From NCBI GenBank assembly GCA_041937175.2, contig CP166615.1, forward strand, positions 2,688,001 through 2,752,000: DNA of 64,000 nt, in the 5' to 3' direction. How positions within the stretch are numbered: the first letter of the stretch is position 1; every line of letters begins with the position of its first letter. The DNA is from Limnothrix sp. BL-A-16. GTDB taxonomy: Bacteria; Cyanobacteriota; Cyanobacteriia; CACIAM-69d. Position numbers and translations under genes: made by a program. The notes beneath the pieces were generated by a model, which worked only from the letters and a program-made list of their open reading frames with translations, was not told where the DNA came from and did no database searches. Positions 58,172 through 64,000 of the stretch are shown one piece after another.

Positions 58172-60526
58172 ATGGAGTATTGCGAGTTTTTGCTGCAAAA
58201 GGAGGGCGATCGGGCTTGGTTGCCACTGGAGTCGCCCAGCGTCGAAGTTTTGGAAGGACGCTATCGCCTGATTGCCCGATCGAGCTATCCCGATGCGGCA
58301 GTGGAAATTCGTGTGGGCTACCAGCCGGACGGGGCGATCGGGGGCCCAAGCCAACGCACCCAGTCCCGATCGGCCCAAACCAATGTCAATGGGCTGGTGG
58401 TGGTGATTCCGTTCACGGTGTTGCGGCCGGGGCTTTGGGAGTTTAGCTGTCGGCAATCGGTGGATGAGGAGGCGGATCCGACAACCACCGGGCCCACCTG
58501 GCGCTATGCGGTGACGCTGCAAGTGTTGGCCGTGGAGGCGGAAGATTGGGTGGATGTGGAACCGCAACCGGCGGCGGATGCGCTGGCCCCGGAATCCAAC
58601 GGGTCAGAAGTGGCGAGTCGATCGCCCGCTGAGTTCTCTCAATCCCATGGCGTGAATGGGACTGAAGGGGCTACCGAAAAAATTGTTGGAAAAATTGTTG
58701 AAAAGGTTGTTGCAGAGGTTGCTGGAGGGGTGAACGGCGTTACTCCGGAGCCGGTGGCAGACCCGAACAGCCTGGCCGCTGCGATCGCCCCAGAAATTCC
58801 CCAGGCGACGGAACCAGAGCCGATTGCTTCAGAAATGGCTCCGACAAGCCTCCCCGAGAGCGCTCCAGAACTTCCCTCAGCGATCGATCCAAACATTACC
58901 CCAGAGCCAGTCTCTGCCAAGCCCCCATCGATTCCTCTGCCGGCCTTACCGCCCACGGAACCCTTCACGCCCCCGATCGAGCGGTTGATTCAGGTGGAAG
59001 ACGATCGCCTGTTGCGCATTGCCGATCGCCTGTTGCAGCAAATGGTGGAACCGGCGGAACTGGATCCGAGCGAAGCGATCGATCCGCTGGTGGCCGCCAG
59101 CCAGCTTCCTCCCTTGCACTTACGGCTCGATCGCACCACCTACATCACCGCTTGGGGCGATCAGTTGGTGTTGCAGGGCAGCTTGGATTGGGCCGAGCCA
59201 GCCAAGGCCCCAACCCTGGCTCAACTGCCGCCCACCTTGGAATGGCGGGTAACCCTGCGGGATCCCAACAGTCAGCGAGTGTTGGTGCGGTTGCGCCAGC
59301 CGATCGCCGGGTCGCGCTGGAGCCGGCCGAGCGATCGCCCCTTGCCGGGTCAGTTCACCTGCACCGTGGAATTGCCCCTGGAAGCCAGCACTTTTTTGAT
59401 GTTGGGCGAGCTGGCTTTGTATCCCCACAGTTTGCCCAGCGCCGAACCCCTCACCAGCCATGCCTTCGCAGTGGCGGCCGATGCCGATGCCCTGTTGCGG
59501 GCGATCGAACCGGATTTTCGCCCAGAGGATTGCACCGAGGACGATCGGGCCCCGGCCGCGTTGCCGCACGAGTCCCTGCCGTTTCGGCCCAATACCCAAG
59601 CCCCCACCAAAAAGAGCTTGGATCTGAAGTTGCTGAACTTTGTGCAACCGGCGAAAGCGCCCATGTTGCCATCTATATCGCCGTCCATGTCGCCGTCCAT
59701 GGACTCCGCGCCACCGATGCCTGAGGTTGCCCCCGAACCGATCGCGGGTGGCGAGTTGCCGGAAGCTGCCATTTTGCAAGGGTTGCCCCCCGCTGCGCCA
59801 ATTCCCACCGCCAACGGCCCGGCCCCTTGGGCGATCGACCCCTTACCCAGCGAGCCTTCACCCTTTGATGCGCTGCCCAAGGGTCACCGGTTCTGGTCAA
59901 GACTCACGGCCTTGGCCGATGACCAAGATCTACGGGCCTGGCTGCGGGCCCGAGGAGAGGGGGTTGCGCCCGCCCCGGAGCCACCGGATCCCGATGCGGA
60001 CTGGACGGCCGGTGAGGTGCTGGTGGATGATCTGTTGCCGCTGCAAAACGGATCCAATGGCTGGTCTGCCCCGGCCAGTCCGCCACCGCCGCCCGCCGAT
60101 GCCACCTTGCCGCCCACGATGCCGATTCCACAGCCCACGATCGAGCTGTTGACCCATCCCCTGGTGGCGGAAACCACGGCCACCTTGCGGTTGCGGGTGA
60201 CGGAGGTGCCCTCACGACTTTGCATTAAGGTTTGGACGAGCGATCGACAAACACGCCAAATCCTGGAACCACCGCGCTGGCTGTTGGAGTTGCCCCCCAA
60301 TGGCCTGGGGGAATTGGAAACCCGTGTCACCCTGACCGTGCCGGCCTTGGTGGCGGAACTGAGCATTGAGGCGGTGGTGATGGAGTTGGCGACCCACCGC
60401 GAAAGCCGCAAGACGGTGATTGTTGCGCCCGTGTTGCCCCCCGAGGCCCACCCCGATCGCCCCACGCTGGATCCATTGGCAATCAACAACCTGTTTGAGG
60501 CCCTGTCGCCCTCCCGCTGGGATTAG
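58172..60526 (+). CDS. Large Pro-rich cyanobacterial hypothetical protein
   Basis: 785-codon ORF; globular N-terminus MEYCEFLLQKEGDRAWLPLE..LEGRYR and C-terminus IKVWTSDRQTR..HRESRK, with Pro/Glu-rich linkers. Confidence 0.8.
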   Translation: MEYCEFLLQKEGDRAWLPLESPSVEVLEGRYRLIARSSYPDAAVEIRVGYQPDGAIGGPSQRTQSRSAQTNVNGLVVVIPFTVLRPGLWEFSCRQSVDEEADPTTTGPTWRYAVTLQVLAVEAEDWVDVEPQPAADALAPESNGSEVASRSPAEFSQSHGVNGTEGATEKIVGKIVEKVVAEVAGGVNGVTPEPVADPNSLAAAIAPEIPQATEPEPIASEMAPTSLPESAPELPSAIDPNITPEPVSAKPPSIPLPALPPTEPFTPPIERLIQVEDDRLLRIADRLLQQMVEPAELDPSEAIDPLVAASQLPPLHLRLDRTTYITAWGDQLVLQGSLDWAEPAKAPTLAQLPPTLEWRVTLRDPNSQRVLVRLRQPIAGSRWSRPSDRPLPGQFTCTVELPLEASTFLMLGELALYPHSLPSAEPLTSHAFAVAADADALLRAIEPDFRPEDCTEDDRAPAALPHESLPFRPNTQAPTKKSLDLKLLNFVQPAKAPMLPSISPSMSPSMDSAPPMPEVAPEPIAGGELPEAAILQGLPPAAPIPTANGPAPWAIDPLPSEPSPFDALPKGHRFWSRLTALADDQDLRAWLRARGEGVAPAPEPPDPDADWTAGEVLVDDLLPLQNGSNGWSAPASPPPPPADATLPPTMPIPQPTIELLTHPLVAETTATLRLRVTEVPSRLCIKVWTSDRQTRQILEPPRWLLELPPNGLGELETRVTLTVPALVAELSIEAVVMELATHRESRKTVIVAPVLPPEAHPDRPTLDPLAINNLFEALSPSRWD

Positions 60527-60858
60527 GGCCGGTCGCCATTTCCATCGCCGTAGGGGTTGGGTCTCCCAACCCTAACCCAGGCGATCGCTACAACCCTGTC
60601 TACCCCTGGGAACACCCAAGGATCACGGGAACTGGACGGGGAGACTCCGCCCCTACGACTGATTGGTTTGAAGAACGAGGTCATCAGGGTTTCAGGCGAT
60701 TTGGGGGCGATCGGCCCCCGCGTTGGTTCAAGCGTTGGTTCAAGTGTTGATTCGCTTGTTTGTTAAAAATCTTTAGCAACCCCACGCCACACCGGAGGCC
60801 AGCTCGTACAGTTAATGGGAAATCCTCTGAATTCGATTAAGAATAAGGATCTTTTCCC

Positions 60859-60963
60859 ATGGCAGCCTCTTTTCTTCCTGCGATTTTCGTGCCGATTGTT
60901 GGCTGGGTATTTCCTGCGGTAACAATGGCCCTGCTGTTCCTGTATATCGAAAGCGACGCTTAA
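60859..60963 (+). CDS. psaI: Photosystem I reaction centre subunit VIII (too short for the ORF track)
   Basis: Hand translation gives [42 protein letters not shown] upstream. Confidence 0.93.
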   Translation: MAASFLPAIFVPIVGWVFPAVTMALLFLYIESDA

Positions 60964-61090
60964 CAAAAAATCGTAAGCGAAGCTGTGCGTAGCCTGCCTA
61001 ATTCCCCGATCATGGCCCTTCATCACAGTGAGGGCAATGACTGGGGAGATTGCAGTTTGCCTTCTCCTTGAATCGAGTTGATTAAATCCA

Positions 61091-61125
61091 GACCGCTGGC
61101 TGTCTAAGATAGTTAGCGGTTTTTT
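61091..61125 (+). terminator. Intrinsic terminator downstream of psaI
   Basis: ACCGCTGGCTGTCT-AAGATAGTTAGCGGT hairpin followed by a T-run. Confidence 0.6.
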
Positions 61126-61149
61126 GCGGGCGAACAGCGCCCGAGGATC

Positions 61150-61938
61150 ATGAGCGATCGGGTGGCGACGGCACGGTTAATTGAAGTTTTTTCAGCAATC
61201 CAGGGTGAAGGGCCGATCGTGGGCACGCGGCAACTGTTCATCCGGTTCGCCCAATGCGATCTGCGCTGTGACTACTGCGATAGCGATCGCACCTGGGTGG
61301 CTCCCGACCATTGCGACATTGAGCAAACCCCCGGCCTGCGGGATTTTGTGACCGTTGCCAACCCCGTGAGCCAGTCGCAGCTCCTGGACTGGGTGAAACA
61401 GCTCGATCGCCCCCACTTACACGACAGCATCAGCATTACGGGCGGTGAACCCCTGTTGCATGGTCGTTTTTTGCAAGATTTCTTACCAGCCCTAAAGACC
61501 GTTTCCAGCCTGCCGGTTTATCTGGAAACCGGGGGCCATCGGCCACAACAGTTGGAACCCCTGTTGCCTTGGCTAGATTGGATTGGCATGGATTTGAAAC
61601 TGCCCAGTGTCAGCGGCGAAACCCATTGGGAGGCCCATGGGGAGTTTTTGCGGTTGGCGGTGGAGGCGCAAAAGTGGGTGTTTGTGAAAGCGATTGTTTC
61701 CGAAGGGACCACGCTGGCGGATCTGACCCGATCGGCTGAGTTGGTGGCGGCGATCAATCCCCATTTGGTTTACGTGATGCAACCCGTTTCGCCCTTGCCC
61801 GCGCCGATTAAGCCCGACCGCCAACCGCCACAACCGCCCCAGCCGGAGCAAGTGTTGGCCTGGCAACAACACCTGAAACAGTGGTTACCGCAGGTGATTG
61901 TGATTCCACAAACCCACAAGGCGATCGGGCAACTTTGA
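61150..61938 (+). CDS. queE: 7-carboxy-7-deazaguanine synthase QueE (radical SAM)
   Basis: IEVFSAIQGEG, FIRFAQCDLRCDYCDS, ISITGGEPLL, YLETGG and VIPQTHK. Confidence 0.92.
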   Translation: MSDRVATARLIEVFSAIQGEGPIVGTRQLFIRFAQCDLRCDYCDSDRTWVAPDHCDIEQTPGLRDFVTVANPVSQSQLLDWVKQLDRPHLHDSISITGGEPLLHGRFLQDFLPALKTVSSLPVYLETGGHRPQQLEPLLPWLDWIGMDLKLPSVSGETHWEAHGEFLRLAVEAQKWVFVKAIVSEGTTLADLTRSAELVAAINPHLVYVMQPVSPLPAPIKPDRQPPQPPQPEQVLAWQQHLKQWLPQVIVIPQTHKAIGQL

Positions 61939-61944
61939 CCAGTC

Positions 61945-62844
61945 CTAATCGGGAATTTTGAGGGACAACTCGTAAACCGATCGCTTGGACAGGTTCAGTT
62001 GGCCGGCAATCTCGCGGCTGGCGGCCGATCGACTCATCCCTTGGGCCATTCGATCGGCCAGGGCGGCGATAATCTCCGCTTCCGTGGGTTGATGGGTAAC
62101 CGGGAGCACTCCGCCTAAAATCAGGACAAATTCCCCTTTAATGGGACAGGCGGGATTTTCGGGAGTCCAAGTGGCGATCGCCTCCGAGAGGGAACCGCGC
62201 CAAAACTGTTCGTAGCGCTTGGTCAGTTCCCGGGCGATCGCGATCGGTCGTTGGTCGCCGCCATGGTTGGCCAAGTCTTGCAAAGTTTCCCGCAGGCGGT
62301 GGGGCGCTTCATAAAGAATCACGGTGCGGGCCTCTTGGGCCAATTGAGCCAGTCGATCGCGCCGTTCTTTGCCCTTGGTGGGTAAAAATCCTTCAAAACA
62401 AAAGCGATCGGTAGGTAAGCCGGAGCCAATTAGCCCCACAATGGCCGCGCAGGCTCCCGGCACTGGCACAACGGACAACCCCGCCGCCCCGCAAGCCGCC
62501 ACCAATGGCACGCCCGGATCGGAAATGCCCGGCGTACCCGCATCGCTGACCAGGGCGATCGCCTGGCCCGCCCGTAGTCGATCGAGAATTTCGGGAATCC
62601 GTTTGGTCTGGTTATGTTCGTGATAGCTCAGTTGGGGCTTGCTGATTTGGAAGTGGGCCAGCAGCTTGCCCGTGTGTCGGGTGTCTTCCGCCGCGATCGC
62701 ATCCACCGCCTGCAAAATTCGCAAGGCCCGGTAGCTGATATCTTCCAAATTCCCGATCGGGGTGGCCACCAAATACAGAGTTCCCGGCTGCACCGTCGTG
62801 ACTTCGCCCAAGGTGATTGGCTCCGGGGAAGGTGTTGCCGTCAT
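61945..62844 (-). CDS. rsmI: 16S rRNA (cytidine-1402-2'-O)-methyltransferase
   Basis: LYLVATPIGNLEDI, AAEDTRHT, VSDAGTPGISDPG, YEAPHR and ARELTKRYE. Confidence 0.96.
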   Translation of the reverse strand: MTATPSPEPITLGEVTTVQPGTLYLVATPIGNLEDISYRALRILQAVDAIAAEDTRHTGKLLAHFQISKPQLSYHEHNQTKRIPEILDRLRAGQAIALVSDAGTPGISDPGVPLVAACGAAGLSVVPVPGACAAIVGLIGSGLPTDRFCFEGFLPTKGKERRDRLAQLAQEARTVILYEAPHRLRETLQDLANHGGDQRPIAIARELTKRYEQFWRGSLSEAIATWTPENPACPIKGEFVLILGGVLPVTHQPTEAEIIAALADRMAQGMSRSAASREIAGQLNLSKRSVYELSLKIPD

Positions 62845-62859
62845 CTATCGCACCTTCCC

Positions 62860-63306
62860 CTAAGTCAAAAAGCGATCGAGCGCCGCTTTCAGTTCCGCCA
62901 ATTCCGCGTCAATGTTGCCCTCGCGCGCCGCCCGCACAATGCAAGCATTCAAGTGCTCATCCAAAATGGCCCGCGCCACCCGATCGATCGCACCACGTAC
63001 CGCCGCCAACTGAATCAACACATCGGGGCAATCTCGCCCATCATTCACCATGGCCTTGATGCCGCGCACATGGCCTTCAATTCGCGACAAGCGATTCACA
63101 ATTTTGCGAATTGCTTCCGGGTTGTGGGCGTGGGCGTGGGTGTGGCTATGGGACGGGCCATGGCTATGGCCGTGAGCATGGCTGGGAGCGGGATTGGAGT
63201 CGAGATGCTGGGCAGAGCTGGGGTCGGGCTGATGGGACTGGGCGGAATCGGCGGACAGGTGAGGGTGAGCGTCGGGTTGTGCAGGGTCGTGATCAGGACG
63301 ATTCAA
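62860..63306 (-). CDS. CsoR/RcnR-family (InrS-like) metal-sensing repressor with His-rich N-terminus (start uncertain)
   Basis: NRLSRIEGHVRGIKAMV..RDCPDVLIQLAAVRGA..ILDEHLNACI preceded by HAHGHSHGPSHSHTHAHAH; TTG at 63306 chosen as a plausible start. Confidence 0.88.
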   Translation of the reverse strand: MNRPDHDPAQPDAHPHLSADSAQSHQPDPSSAQHLDSNPAPSHAHGHSHGPSHSHTHAHAHNPEAIRKIVNRLSRIEGHVRGIKAMVNDGRDCPDVLIQLAAVRGAIDRVARAILDEHLNACIVRAAREGNIDAELAELKAALDRFLT

Positions 63307-63346
63307 GGGATGGAACGCAGCCAGATTCAAAGGGGCAGTTTGGATT

Positions 63347-64000
63347 CTAACGCGACGGCTCCGGGTTTCCGAGCGATCGCACCGCTTCGAGGGCCCCGTG
63401 GGCAATTTGGGGCAGAATACTCCGATCGCGATCGCCCAAAGGCGCATCGATCGCCACCACCAGCCCAAAGGGCCGCCCATCCACCGGCTCCACATAGGCA
63501 CAATCCCACCGCACCCGGCTCATCCACCCCGCCTTAGACCACAGGCGCGTGGTGGGGGGCAACCCTTCCCCCAAAAAACCGGTGACTTGGTTGTAATCCG
63601 GATCCAAGCTGGCCACGGTGGCCGGATCGAGCGATCGCGCCAGGAGGTTCATCAGTATTTGCGATCGGGCCGCCGACACCGCCACCCCACCCGCGATCGC
63701 ATGGAGCAGCCGCGCCACCGCATCCGTCGTTAAATAATTGCGATTGCTGTAGTCTGCCGCCAAAAAGACTCGCTCGCGGCCATAGGGCCCATCACCCCAG
63801 GTTTTTTGGCAAACATTAATGGTTTGGAACTCTTCCCAACCGAACGATTGCAAATAGCGATTCACGATTTGTCGTTGCTGTTGCCAGGTTTCAAAGGGGC
63901 CCGCTGGCAACTCCGGGCCGCTGGTGGTTCCCGACAACACATCCACCAAATAGCTCGTGGCATCGTTACTGGAATTGACGATCGCATCATGCAGGGCCCG
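63347..64000 (-). CDS. Serine hydrolase / class A beta-lactamase-like protein, 3' part (runs off the right edge)
   Basis: Frame open to base 64000: DAIVNSSNDATSYLVD, NVCQKTWGDGPYGRE and LWSKAGWMSRVR. Confidence 0.85.
   Translation of the reverse strand, partial: RALHDAIVNSSNDATSYLVDVLSGTTSGPELPAGPFETWQQQRQIVNRYLQSFGWEEFQTINVCQKTWGDGPYGRERVFLAADYSNRNYLTTDAVARLLHAIAGGVAVSAARSQILMNLLARSLDPATVASLDPDYNQVTGFLGEGLPPTTRLWSKAGWMSRVRWDCAYVEPVDGRPFGLVVAIDAPLGDRDRSILPQIAHGALEAVRSLGNPEPSR

Noticed and set aside
61150..61938. queE as part of a 7-deazaguanine DNA-modification (dpd) island
   Set aside because: No dpdA, queC, queD or folE neighbours; ordinary queuosine-pathway context.

Overview
Chromosomal window from a GC-rich cyanobacterium. 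The evidence is the very dense HIP1-type (G)CGATCG(C) palindromes plus psaI, ldpA, ycf45 and a SigC-like sigma factor. It is mostly housekeeping genes: sppA, sigC, pucC-like MFS, phosphohexomutase, rdgB, mazG, gshB, sodA, aroA, tRNA-Leu(TAG), pyrF-pyrE, psaI, queE, rsmI and a CsoR/RcnR regulator. Main accessory content: (1) an intact IS5-family element followed 11 bp later by a cognate MITE containing a REPIN-like hairpin; (2) a ~24.5 kb minus-strand glycosylation locus (21.6-46.1 kb) with no export or polymerase genes. Its host-like half encodes a 1867-aa multi-GT2+GT41 enzyme, a TPR-GT61 enzyme, a CmcI-type methyltransferase and a GT4. Three of these share five copies of a ~130-aa helical domain that I cannot assign to a named family. 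Its other half is a low-GC, HIP1-depleted ~13 kb cassette for amino-sugar synthesis and decoration; (3) a translationally coupled SPL-like radical SAM + methyltransferase-like pair next to tRNA-Leu. All calls come from reading motifs by eye; no database searches were run.
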